From: an uncultured bacterium
GTDB taxonomy: Bacteria > Verrucomicrobiota > Kiritimatiellia > PWTM01
Length of the DNA stretch: 59,378 nt
Assembly (NCBI GenBank): GCA_900661335.1
Contig: CAACVY010000001.1
Location: forward strand, 1-59,378
Reading direction: 5' to 3'
Below the pieces are notes generated by a model that ran no database searches, was not told the origin of the DNA, and saw nothing but the letters and a program-made list of their open reading frames with translations. The translations under genes were made by a program, and so were the position numbers. Of this stretch, positions 20,585 to 29,370 are shown in pieces; positions within the stretch are counted from its first letter, which is position 1, and the number at the start of each line of letters is the position of its first letter.

Positions 20585-21843
20585 AGGGGAACCTCCGCCA
20601 TGGGGTTCGCCGCCGCGCGAAAGGCGCGATAGGCATTCGGAAATGGTTCGAGCACGCGATCGAGGACTCCCCGGGCCAACGAGATGGCCAAGCCATAGTT
20701 CGTGATCGGCACTCCGGCTTCCCGAGCACGCTCGATGCGCGTCAGCGTTTCGCGTCGGGTAAGCATGCAGGATCCACAATGGACCACTACGTCGTAGCCG
20801 CTCAAATCATCGGGGTAATCCCGCCCCTGCATATACTCGATGCACAGTTCGGCGCCCACCATGGATCGCAGCCATCGGGGGAGCTTCGATCGGCCGATGT
20901 CATCCTCCAATGGGTGGTGAGAGCAAGTCTCGGCGATCAGCACGCGGCTCTGGGGACGCAAGCGCGTGAGCGCCGCTGCGCCCCGAGCGAGCTCGTCTAG
21001 ATCGCCTCGGGCACGGGCCATGAGAATGGAGAACGTCGTGCACCGAATACCTGCGGGTGTGGAACGGACCATCATATCTACGACTTGCGAGTCGCACACC
21101 ACGAGGTCCGGAGGACGCGGAAGGCTGGCGAGGGTCTCGGCGTAGCGGCATTCTTTCACAACCGTCACCACCAAGTCGTGATCCAAGGCATCGCGGATCG
21201 CTTGCACCTGCGGCAGAATCAACCGGCCGCGAGGAGCGGAAATGTCAATCGGGACGATCAGCACCAGCCAGCCACCCTTGGGAAGCAAATCGCCGAGCAA
21301 GGGCGGAACCGCCAGCACGGCATCCGGCAGCGCCTGTTCGAGTAGCCGTCGGAACCGGCGTGCAATGTCCTCGCGCTGCGCCGCGTCGACCGCGCACGCC
21401 GTGATCCAGCCCACGGTGGATTTGGCGAGACTGTCCTTTTGAATTTCTGAAACGGGCCCGAGGTCGGACTTGTTGACGACACCCACCACCGGCACCCGGC
21501 GCGCTCGGGCGGCGGCCAAAACTTCTTCTTCGGGCGGCCCCCACTGTCCAGGTTCGCATACCAACACGACTACGTCGCACCTCTGCATCGCGGCATAGGT
21601 CCGCCGGCGACGCGCTTCGCCAAGCTCGCTCACGTCGTCCAGCCCGGCGGTATCCAGTAGAACCACGGGTCCGAGGGGCCATAACTCCATCGACTTTTCC
21701 ACTACGTCCGTGGTCGTTCCCGGGATTGGCGACGTGATCGCGAGGTCTTGCCCGACCAGGTAGTTCATCAGGCTGGATTTGCCGACATTCGTCCGGCCGA
21801 AGAATCCGATGTGCAAGCGCAGTGATTTGGGTGCGGTGTTCAT
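20581..21843 (-). CDS. hydF: [FeFe]-hydrogenase maturation GTPase HydF
   Basis: GRTNVGKSS, PGTTTD, DTAG, NKSD, APRGRLILPQ and the CSHH...HCGSC cluster motif. Confidence 0.96.
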   Translation of the reverse strand: MNTAPKSLRLHIGFFGRTNVGKSSLMNYLVGQDLAITSPIPGTTTDVVEKSMELWPLGPVVLLDTAGLDDVSELGEARRRRTYAAMQRCDVVVLVCEPGQWGPPEEEVLAAARARRVPVVGVVNKSDLGPVSEIQKDSLAKSTVGWITACAVDAAQREDIARRFRRLLEQALPDAVLAVPPLLGDLLPKGGWLVLIVPIDISAPRGRLILPQVQAIRDALDHDLVVTVVKECRYAETLASLPRPPDLVVCDSQVVDMMVRSTPAGIRCTTFSILMARARGDLDELARGAAALTRLRPQSRVLIAETCSHHPLEDDIGRSKLPRWLRSMVGAELCIEYMQGRDYPDDLSGYDVVVHCGSCMLTRRETLTRIERAREAGVPITNYGLAISLARGVLDRVLEPFPNAYRAFRAAANPMAEVPL

Positions 21844-22130
21844 GGGGAAGGGGGAGGGGTGGCTGGTGGAACCTCCGGTGGGGATGTCTTTGCGAGCGCG
21901 GAGCGGACAGTGACCCCTTCGACTCGGCCGAGCCGACCCGTGAGTTGGCCAAGCTCGTCGGTGGTGGCATCCACGACCAGGGTGATAATGTGGAGTCCCC
22001 TCCGGGGATAGGGCAATCCGAGGCGCGCGACGATCAAATCTCCATGATCGGACAACACGCGGTTGACCTCCGCAGCGACCCGCTGACGGTTTTCAACGAT
22101 AATCCCGACAAACCCTAAACGCTTCTCCAT
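21840..22130 (-). CDS. TM1266-family iron-only hydrogenase system putative regulator (ACT/NikR-C-like fold)
   Basis: MEKRLGFVGIIVE...VNRVLS...ARLGLPY...LTGRLGRVEGVTVRS pattern. First gene of the hydF-hydG operon, with a GGAG SD. Confidence 0.88.
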   Translation of the reverse strand: MEKRLGFVGIIVENRQRVAAEVNRVLSDHGDLIVARLGLPYPRRGLHIITLVVDATTDELGQLTGRLGRVEGVTVRSALAKTSPPEVPPATPPPSP

Positions 22131-22260
22131 GGACTACTCCTGGTGGTGCGAACGGTAGTCTGAGGAAGGTGTTCGACCGCATGGGCCGGACTGGCCACGC
22201 TCGGATGCTCACCCTCGGTGTCAGACCGACGTCCTGACCTCAGGTGCGACTACGATACCA
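22131..22260 (-). ncRNA. Candidate cis-regulatory leader RNA of the TM1266-hydF-hydG operon
   Basis: Hand-folded three-way junction plus an SD-sequestering hairpin, just downstream of an extended -10 (TGGTATCGT). See findings. Confidence 0.5.
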
Positions 22261-22459
22261 CAAAAGTTCGCAGATCGCGAAGCCCGACCAGTTTCAGGAT
22301 GTCGGCGCGCTGCTCAAAAGCCAGGAAAAAGGCGAAGCCCAACGCGGCGTTTGGCCATTCAGACCCGGTTCTAAGCCAGGCTCAGTTAGCGCGTGGAATC
22401 TCGGCGGTAAGCGCAGGGGGCACGTGCAATCACCCGCCCGCCACCGCCATGGTGCGACC

Positions 22460-23335
22460 TCAGCGCAATGGCCGAGAGCGCGAGTCCCAAAGCGAACGCA
22501 GCGCGAGCCACAGAAATGTTGGGACCACCCGCAGGTATCTGGGGCCTAAGCGGCGTGGCTCTTGAAGCAATCGGTACAGCCACTGCAATCCCGATCGTTG
22601 GACCCACCTCGGCGCGTCGGTTCGAATCCCAGCCAAGATATCAAACGCCGCACCCACACCCACGAGCACCGGGGAGGGGTCCGTGGGAGCGTGGTCCGGC
22701 CACCGACGGTGCCAGTCGGCCATGAATTGCTCTTGCTTCGGCGTGCTCATGCCGACCCAGAGCAGCTCGACCCGGGCGATGCGAACTGCGCTCAACAACG
22801 CGGTCCACTCGTCTCCGGTCAGAGGACGAAAGGGCAGTGGCCAGGAGCCGGCGATCGTCACATGCGGGTACATGAAACGGACGCGATGCTCCAGGGCTTG
22901 CAGGACCTCTGGGGTGGAGCCCACAAATCCATGACGGAGGCCGGACGTGCTGGCGGCAATGTCCGGAGCGGAGGGTGGGGCGGAGGACCACATCAGGACT
23001 TTGCGCATGAGATCCGGGCCGTACACTCGACCGACGAGGGGAACTCTTCGAAGTCGTGCGAGCCACACCAAGGGCATGCCGTCTGGCACCGTCAGCCACG
23101 AGGCGTTGTGGATGTCCTTCAGCTGAGGATCGCGTTGGCACTCCACCACGCCGTGGGCGCCGGTCACGCAGACGTAGCCCCCGATGCGGTGGCGCGCGGC
23201 GCGCACGATCATTTCAGCCGCCCGGTCCAAAGTGACGGCGCTGATTTGTACGCCGGCCACGTCGAACCGTGAAGGCAGCTCAGTGGGAACCTGCAAGATC
23301 TCCGCCACGACGTTGAAACCTCTTCGACTACTCAA
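22460..23335 (-). CDS. WecB/TagA/CpsF family glycosyltransferase
   Basis: VPDGMPLVW, RVYGPDLM, VGMSTPKQE, GVGAAFD and WLYRLLQEPRRL. TTG start overlapping the upstream stop is inferred. Confidence 0.9.
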   Translation of the reverse strand: MSSRRGFNVVAEILQVPTELPSRFDVAGVQISAVTLDRAAEMIVRAARHRIGGYVCVTGAHGVVECQRDPQLKDIHNASWLTVPDGMPLVWLARLRRVPLVGRVYGPDLMRKVLMWSSAPPSAPDIAASTSGLRHGFVGSTPEVLQALEHRVRFMYPHVTIAGSWPLPFRPLTGDEWTALLSAVRIARVELLWVGMSTPKQEQFMADWHRRWPDHAPTDPSPVLVGVGAAFDILAGIRTDAPRWVQRSGLQWLYRLLQEPRRLGPRYLRVVPTFLWLALRSLWDSRSRPLR

Positions 23336-24699
23336 CGAGCTCCTCGGCCCGAAACGATGGCCCAGAAGGTTTGCGCCAGGATCAACAAATCCAGCCAAAC
23401 GGACCAATTGCGGACGTAGTACACGTCCCAGCGCGCCATTTCATGGATGTCGAGATCACTGCGGCCTCGGATTTGCCAAAGCCCGGTAATCCCGGGGCGC
23501 ACACGCTCGCGCACCCGGCGCGCATGGGGTGGGAGCACGGCGTGGTGATAGTTCGGCAACGGCCGAGGGCCGACCAGCGACATTTCTCCCCGCAGAACGT
23601 TCCAAACTTGTGGAATTTCGTCCAGCGACCAACGGCGCAGCACGCGTCCGATCAGACTCACGCGCCAATCATTGTTTAGCTTGTGGGTTCGGGTCCATTC
23701 CTCGCGGAAGGCTGGATCGTTCGCGAGGCGTTCTTCGAGTTGCCGTTCGGCATCGGGTACCATCGTCCGCAGTTTCCAGATTCGGAATGGCTGACCTCCC
23801 TCGCCGATTCGCTCTTGGGAGAACAGTGGCCAGCGACGATCCCAGAGTAAAATTGCCAGCATGGCAAGCACGCCCAGCGGCAACCACAGGGGGGCCAAGA
23901 CGAACAAGAGCAGCAAGTCAAGAGCTCGCTTGAGCCCGCGCCAACGCGGATCGGCGAGTTGGTTGGTGATCGTTAACCCCATGATGCCTTGGAGATCTTC
24001 TGGCACGACATTCAATGCCGTGTCGACCAATAGCTCCGGCACGAGCACCACCTTGCGATAGTTACGGAGAGGGCCATCGAGAAGTTGCTCCAGCGCTGGG
24101 CTAGTCAAACCCGATTGCGCCAGGATGATGGACTCGAATTCTTTGGCCCCTCGTTCGATCTCCGCTGGGAGCTGGGAATCGTCGGCCGTCCATCGGATGA
24201 CTCGGGCGGGTCGATATCCGATCGCAGGGTGAGATTGCAGCCAGTTCGCCACGGTATCCAGTAAGGGCGGGTCGCCGATCAGGATGACCGGCGCCCCCCA
24301 CCATGCATGATAGGCTAGGCGCTCTCGAACGATGTGCCGGGCGATCGGCAGGCCGATGGCGGCGGCTGCATACGCGATAAAATACGAGCCGCGATTGGCC
24401 GCCGGCGCAAAATCGCCTACGAACACGATCACGGCGGCCAGCGCGTAGATTGCGGCGAGCAGGCGCTCCACATGGCAGAGTTCGACCGCTGGGTTCAACC
24501 CCCAACCGGGAACAAGTTCGAGCCACAATGCCGCCAAGGCCCAAACAGGCACTACCAAAAGGCTGTAGCGCAGAGAGACCGGGGTGCCCACGAGCCAATG
24601 CATGACGAGGTCACCGAACCACAGGCCGGCCAGCAGCACCGCGCAATCCACCGCCAAAATCGTGCTGGTCGCCAGTGATTTTCGAACGGACAGCGTCAT
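23332..24699 (-). CDS. WbaP/WcaJ-type undecaprenyl-phosphate sugar phosphotransferase
   Basis: N-terminal TM bundle, then KRALD, KLRTM, SLDEIPQ, GEMSLVGPRP, PGITGLWQ and YVRNWS. Confidence 0.92.
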   Translation of the reverse strand: MTLSVRKSLATSTILAVDCAVLLAGLWFGDLVMHWLVGTPVSLRYSLLVVPVWALAALWLELVPGWGLNPAVELCHVERLLAAIYALAAVIVFVGDFAPAANRGSYFIAYAAAAIGLPIARHIVRERLAYHAWWGAPVILIGDPPLLDTVANWLQSHPAIGYRPARVIRWTADDSQLPAEIERGAKEFESIILAQSGLTSPALEQLLDGPLRNYRKVVLVPELLVDTALNVVPEDLQGIMGLTITNQLADPRWRGLKRALDLLLLFVLAPLWLPLGVLAMLAILLWDRRWPLFSQERIGEGGQPFRIWKLRTMVPDAERQLEERLANDPAFREEWTRTHKLNNDWRVSLIGRVLRRWSLDEIPQVWNVLRGEMSLVGPRPLPNYHHAVLPPHARRVRERVRPGITGLWQIRGRSDLDIHEMARWDVYYVRNWSVWLDLLILAQTFWAIVSGRGAR

Positions 24700-24778
24700 A
24701 GTTTACGATCCCAGCGAACGTTCGCTTCGGGGCCACCGCCGCCGCGCTGCGGATTTTTTTGCGAATTCTAAGCTAGGG

Positions 24779-24807
24779 TTGCCTTTTGTCACACGCGAAG
24801 ATACAAT
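24779..24807 (+). promoter_or_regulatory. Sigma70 promoter of the + strand sugar transferase, overlapping a probable divergent promoter
   Basis: TTGCCT-17 bp-TACAAT on +. GTGACA-16 bp-TAGAAT on - (24792-24765). Confidence 0.55.
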
Positions 24808-24925
24808 ATCTAAATGTTTGTTCCAAGGATCCAGTGAAAGTGATGCACGACGTGGCAGCCTTGGTCGAGGGCTTCTATTTGAACCTGCGGCACGCGGGTC
24901 GATTCTGGAGTTGGAGAATTTCCGG

Positions 24926-26509
24926 ATGCGAGCCTTGTTCCGACGTTTGAGAAAGACGACGCTGTATTTGATTATGGCCGACGCCATGTGTTTCTTCGCC
25001 GCCTTCGGGCTCGCCATGCGGATTCGGTTCCGCCCGAATATCAACGTGATCGAGCTCCGAACCGGCGAGATGATCCCCGAGCTCGCGTTCGTATTGCTCC
25101 TGTCGTTCACGCTTGTGCCGATGGTGTTCAACTTGCTTCGACTTTACCAGCGTCGCGTCCTGTTGTCGCCGCCGTGGCACGCCGTTCAGATCCTCAAGGG
25201 AGTCGCCATCGTCGGCGCGACGTACATTGTGCTGCAGTTTTTGACCAAGTCCACTCTGTTGGTCCAGTCTAGGTGGGTCATGGCGATGTGGCTGGGGATC
25301 ACTGCGGCTGGGCTGTTAGTCCACCGTATGCTGGTGCTCCCATTTTTGCTTCGCTTATGTGCGCGCAACCTTCTGCATCGCCGCATCGCCCTGATGGGAG
25401 TTAACGACGTCAGTGTCCGTTTTGCGCGCGAGCTGCTGGCCAACCCGGATCGGTATTTGGTGCGCCCGATTGGGTTCATCAGCGATTCGGTGGCGGTCGG
25501 CGTCGAGCCCGTTCCAGGCTTACCGGTGCTGGGGCCTTTGTCCAAGCTCGAGATCTTGACGGACCTTCACCAACTTGAGGGCGCCATTTTGATGGCCCAA
25601 GGGCAGGACTATGACACGCTGCTGCAGACGGTGGAAACCTGCGCTCGAACCTTCGGTTGGGTGGAGGTGCATGCAGACCGGATTGCCACGCTGAGCCGAG
25701 ATTTGGATCCGGACACGTACTTCGACATTCCGTTTTTGCGGATGGGAAATGCAGCCCAAGGGGCGTGGATCCGGTGGCAAAAGCGGGTGTTCGATGTGAC
25801 GCTCGCGGGTCTCGCGATCGTCGTGTTGGCACCGGTCTTCGGACTGATCGCGGTACTGGTCCGGCTGACCTCTCCAGGACCGATCTTTTACGTGAGCGAG
25901 CGCGTAGGTCAGGGTGGCCGGAAGTTTCGGTTTTACAAATTCCGTACGATGGTGACGGGTGCGGACCGCGATCCAACGCGGCGCGAACAGGTCAAGCGGT
26001 TGTACACTGACCCAGATCAGGCCATGCCGCAAAAGGTCGTCAATCCAGCGCTGCTCACGCCAATTGGAATTTTCCTCCGCAAGTGGGCCCTGGACGAGTT
26101 GCCGCAGTTGTGGAACGTGTTGAAAGGCGATATGTCCCTCGTGGGACCTAGGCCGCTGCCACCGGACGAGTACGAACTGCAAACCGAATGGCAAAAGGGC
26201 CGGTTCGATGTTCCCCCTGGCTGCACGGGCTTGTGGAAAGTATACGCGGCACAGTATACGGAGATGCCGTTCAGCCAAGCGGCCATGTACGACATCTTTT
26301 ATGCGCGTAACGCCAACCTCGTGATGGACGTCACCATCCTGTTCAAAACTGCTTGGATTGTCCTGCGCGGGCTGGCGGATGGTCCCATTCCGCCGCGAAG
26401 TTCTCCTGAGTCGCGCGCACGCCATCGGGTCGCGCCGGCGCCTTCCGCGCCACCGGTTCGCGCCCCGTTCGCTGAAACGCCTTCGACGAATGCCACCACA
26501 TCGAGCTGA
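24926..26509 (+). CDS. Second exopolysaccharide polyprenyl glycosylphosphotransferase (Bac_transf)
   Basis: Four N-terminal TM helices and a CoA-binding-like domain, then KRVFD, SPGPIFY, YKFRTM, LDELPQLWNVLKGDMSLVGPRP and PGCTGLW. Confidence 0.9.
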   Translation: MRALFRRLRKTTLYLIMADAMCFFAAFGLAMRIRFRPNINVIELRTGEMIPELAFVLLLSFTLVPMVFNLLRLYQRRVLLSPPWHAVQILKGVAIVGATYIVLQFLTKSTLLVQSRWVMAMWLGITAAGLLVHRMLVLPFLLRLCARNLLHRRIALMGVNDVSVRFARELLANPDRYLVRPIGFISDSVAVGVEPVPGLPVLGPLSKLEILTDLHQLEGAILMAQGQDYDTLLQTVETCARTFGWVEVHADRIATLSRDLDPDTYFDIPFLRMGNAAQGAWIRWQKRVFDVTLAGLAIVVLAPVFGLIAVLVRLTSPGPIFYVSERVGQGGRKFRFYKFRTMVTGADRDPTRREQVKRLYTDPDQAMPQKVVNPALLTPIGIFLRKWALDELPQLWNVLKGDMSLVGPRPLPPDEYELQTEWQKGRFDVPPGCTGLWKVYAAQYTEMPFSQAAMYDIFYARNANLVMDVTILFKTAWIVLRGLADGPIPPRSSPESRARHRVAPAPSAPPVRAPFAETPSTNATTSS

Positions 26510-26670
26510 CTGCTATGGGTTCTGGGGAGTGTCCGCATTCGCCGAGGGCGGGGCAGTCGCACGCTTGATTGGCATGCAATTCATCGGGTCCGAGGGGACC
26601 GAGGCCGTGCTCGTGGCAGATTGTCTTGCTTCATTCGCCTGCGTCAAGTCTTGGCATCCCACGACTCACG

Positions 26671-26699
26671 CGGGATTGGCCGATGCATCGGCGGTTCCG
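26671..26699. terminator. Hairpin between convergent genes
   Basis: Perfect palindrome GCCGATGCATCGGC (26679-26692), extended by flanking CGGGA/TTCCG pairing. Confidence 0.4.
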
Positions 26700-26753
26700 A
26701 AGTGTCTTTGTGAATCGTTCTGGCCTGTGGCCCCATCGAGAGCGGTCTGAGGC

Positions 26754-27878
26754 CTAGACGGCCCGATCAAAAAACTCTCGGATGACCGCCACCACACGAT
26801 TCAACTGGGCCTCGGTCATTTCGGGGTAGATGGGCAAGGAGAGAATTTCTTGTGCCAAGCGTTCCGCCACCGGGAATTGGCCTCGTTTCCAGCCCATGTG
26901 CGCATAGGCCGGTTGGAGGTGAATCGGCACGGGGTAGTGAATCAATGCTCCGATCCCGTGTTCTTGCAACCAAGCCAGTAGCCGGTCACGGTAGGAGGTG
27001 CGAATCACGTAGAGATGCCATACCGGTTCCACATCGGCTTGTGCCTTTGGCAGCTGCAGATCGCCTACGCCTTTCAGGAGTTCCTCATACCGCGCTGCCA
27101 GCTCGCGCCGTCGCGCATTCCAAGTATCCAGGTGTGCCAGTTTGGCGTTCAACACGGCCGCCTGCAACGTGTCGAGACGGCTGTTCTCCCCGCAGAGCTC
27201 GTGGATGTACTTCACCTTCGAGCCGTAGTTTCTCAGCGTGGCGATGCGGTCCGCTAACGCCTCGTCGTTGGTGGTCACCGCTCCCCCGTCGCCATAGGCG
27301 CCTAGGTTCTTGCCCGGATAAAAACTGAAGGCGGCGAGCACGCCCAACGAACCGCACCGGCGGCCACGATACCGCGCGCCATGGGCCTGGGCCGCATCTT
27401 CCACCAAATGCAGACCATATCGCTCGCAGATCGCACCGATCGCAGCAATGTCCGCCGGATGGCCATAAAGATGAACCGGCAGTACCGCGCGGGTTCGGTC
27501 CGTGATCGCCGCCTCGATTTGTGCCGGGTTCATGGTGAAGGTGTCTGGTTCGCAGTCCACCAGGACTGGTTTCGCTCCCACCGCTGTGACAGCCAGGGCG
27601 GTGGCGATAAAACTGTTGGCCACCGTGATCACTTCATCCCCGGGGCGGATCTCGAGCGCGCGGAGCGCGAGTTTCAGGGCGTCCAAGCCCGAGGCCACCC
27701 CGACGGCTCGTCGGCATTCGCAGAACGAGGCGAACGCAGATTCAAACTCCGCGAGCTCGTGTCCAAGGATGAAATCCGCCCGTGTCAATGTCGCATCGAG
27801 TCGCCGCCGCACTTCAGGTTCGATCGCGCGAAACTGCGCGACGAGATCCACGAGTGGTATTCGATTCTCGTAGGTCAC
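26754..27878 (-). CDS. DegT/DnrJ/EryC1/StrS sugar aminotransferase (FdtB/QdtB-like)
   Basis: IPLVDL, PVHLYG, EDAAQAHGA, PLP lysine motif FSFYPGKNLGAYGDGG and NSRLDTLQAA. Confidence 0.93.
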   Translation of the reverse strand: MTYENRIPLVDLVAQFRAIEPEVRRRLDATLTRADFILGHELAEFESAFASFCECRRAVGVASGLDALKLALRALEIRPGDEVITVANSFIATALAVTAVGAKPVLVDCEPDTFTMNPAQIEAAITDRTRAVLPVHLYGHPADIAAIGAICERYGLHLVEDAAQAHGARYRGRRCGSLGVLAAFSFYPGKNLGAYGDGGAVTTNDEALADRIATLRNYGSKVKYIHELCGENSRLDTLQAAVLNAKLAHLDTWNARRRELAARYEELLKGVGDLQLPKAQADVEPVWHLYVIRTSYRDRLLAWLQEHGIGALIHYPVPIHLQPAYAHMGWKRGQFPVAERLAQEILSLPIYPEMTEAQLNRVVAVIREFFDRAV

Positions 27879-27937
27879 CGATTAACCTCCGGATGGTTAC
27901 GTTGGACTTCGCGAGCCCCTCGCTCCCAAAGCTCATT

Positions 27938-28939
27938 TTACCTCCCTTCGGGGCCTCGCGTACCTTCTTCGGCGAGCGAGTGGCCCGGGGCCAACCCCAC
28001 CGCGCGGGCCCAGTCCGTGCCACTCCACGTCTGCCCGTTCCAACGTACCTCGATCAATTCGATCGCGCCGACGGCGGCAGCGATTTCGAGTGGCGCAGTT
28101 CGCAGTACATGTCCAACTGGCGCGCGGCCGACAGTCGCACGGCAGCGGAGGACTTCGATTCGCACGCCGCGAAATTGAAAATACGGAACCTGCAAGGGTG
28201 GAAAGATCCGAGCCCGGATCCAGGCACTCAACGCCCGAGCGGGCTGAGTCCAACGGACTTCAAGGTCTTCGAACGGGAACTGACCTTTCGGATGGTAGGT
28301 TACGTACCGCGGGTCCTGAGGCACTGCCCCCAAGTTGCCACTGGCGATCGCGGGCAAACTCTCCTGGACCAGCGCCACGCCCTCCTTCAGTGCACGCTCA
28401 TACAAATCCCAGGCTGTGGTGTCGTCGCGGATCGGCCAGCGGCGCATGGCATAGATCGGGCCGTCGTCAACCCCGACGGCTTCGACCCGGTGCAGCGTGA
28501 CGCCCATGAACAAAAGTCCATCGTGGATGGCCCAGGCGAACGGGTCGCACCCGCGGAGCAATGGCAGTGGGGCATGGTGCAAGTTGACGGTGCCGCGTTT
28601 CGGGATCGTCACCAAGGGCGGGGCCAAAAGACGCCGGCACTGCACACTCAATAATAGATCGGCATTCACCTCCGCCACACGCTGGCAGATGAGCGGGTCA
28701 TTGGGGTTGGCGGGCTGCAGCAGGGTCGCTCCGTCCTGGTAGCCGAGCTCCCGTGCATGACGGACCAGCGATTCGCGCCACGTGTCTTCGCCGCGATCGC
28801 CAGGGTCCGCCAGCACGAGAGGAACCTCGCAGCCGATTTCCCGCAGCGCATGTAGAACTCGAACGGCTGCGGTGCCGTTACCAATCAAGACGACCGAGGG
28901 GGCCTTCAAACTCGTCGCTCCACCAGGACGGGACGGCAC
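27938..28939 (-). CDS. N10-formyl-THF-dependent (sugar) N-formyltransferase
   Basis: NLHHAPLPLLRG (N-x-H...LP) and GVDDG catalytic motifs plus an Fmt/ArnA-like C-terminal domain, located within a dTDP-sugar operon. Confidence 0.82.
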   Translation of the reverse strand: MPSRPGGATSLKAPSVVLIGNGTAAVRVLHALREIGCEVPLVLADPGDRGEDTWRESLVRHARELGYQDGATLLQPANPNDPLICQRVAEVNADLLLSVQCRRLLAPPLVTIPKRGTVNLHHAPLPLLRGCDPFAWAIHDGLLFMGVTLHRVEAVGVDDGPIYAMRRWPIRDDTTAWDLYERALKEGVALVQESLPAIASGNLGAVPQDPRYVTYHPKGQFPFEDLEVRWTQPARALSAWIRARIFPPLQVPYFQFRGVRIEVLRCRATVGRAPVGHVLRTAPLEIAAAVGAIELIEVRWNGQTWSGTDWARAVGLAPGHSLAEEGTRGPEGR

Positions 28940-29370
28940 GGTTCGTGGGCCGTAGCCGCCATGGTTTCGAAAGCCTCTCGGCTCCGGATATAGTCGCTTT
29001 CGTCGTACTCCATGCTCGCCAAGGCCAACAAATCCGTGGCCGGCTCGAAGTCATGCACGACGCGCCAAACTCGCGGCGGTAAGTACAATCCTCGATCACG
29101 CCGGTCTAACCGGACCACGGCGGTTTGCCCGCGGCCGTTGTCCAGTTCCACCGTGCACGCCCCGCGCAGGCACACCAACACTTCTTCGGTCCCAAGGTGG
29201 GCGTGTCCCCCACGCACGTGTCCCGGCTGAAGGTCGGTAATATACAAGACTTTGCGGATTTGGAATGGTATGGCGTCCGTCCGTGGTCCCGGCTGTAACA
29301 TGATCAACGTGCCGCCGCTTCGGCCACGGTGCTCGACCAACGGGATCCAGCGGTATAGCCCCTCACTCAT
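28906..29370 (-). CDS. FdtA/QdtA-family cupin, dTDP-4-keto-6-deoxyglucose 3,4-ketoisomerase
   Basis: IPFQIRKVLY, RGGHAH, GLYLPPRVW and YDESDYIR. ATGA overlap with rmlB. Confidence 0.9.
   Translation of the reverse strand: MSEGLYRWIPLVEHRGRSGGTLIMLQPGPRTDAIPFQIRKVLYITDLQPGHVRGGHAHLGTEEVLVCLRGACTVELDNGRGQTAVVRLDRRDRGLYLPPRVWRVVHDFEPATDLLALASMEYDESDYIRSREAFETMAATAHEPCRPVLVERRV

Noticed and set aside
27938-28939. Methionyl-tRNA formyltransferase (fmt) call
   Set aside because: Lacks the Fmt N-terminal FMGTPxF and HxSLLP signatures, and its position between sugar isomerase and aminotransferase genes favours a sugar N-formyltransferase.
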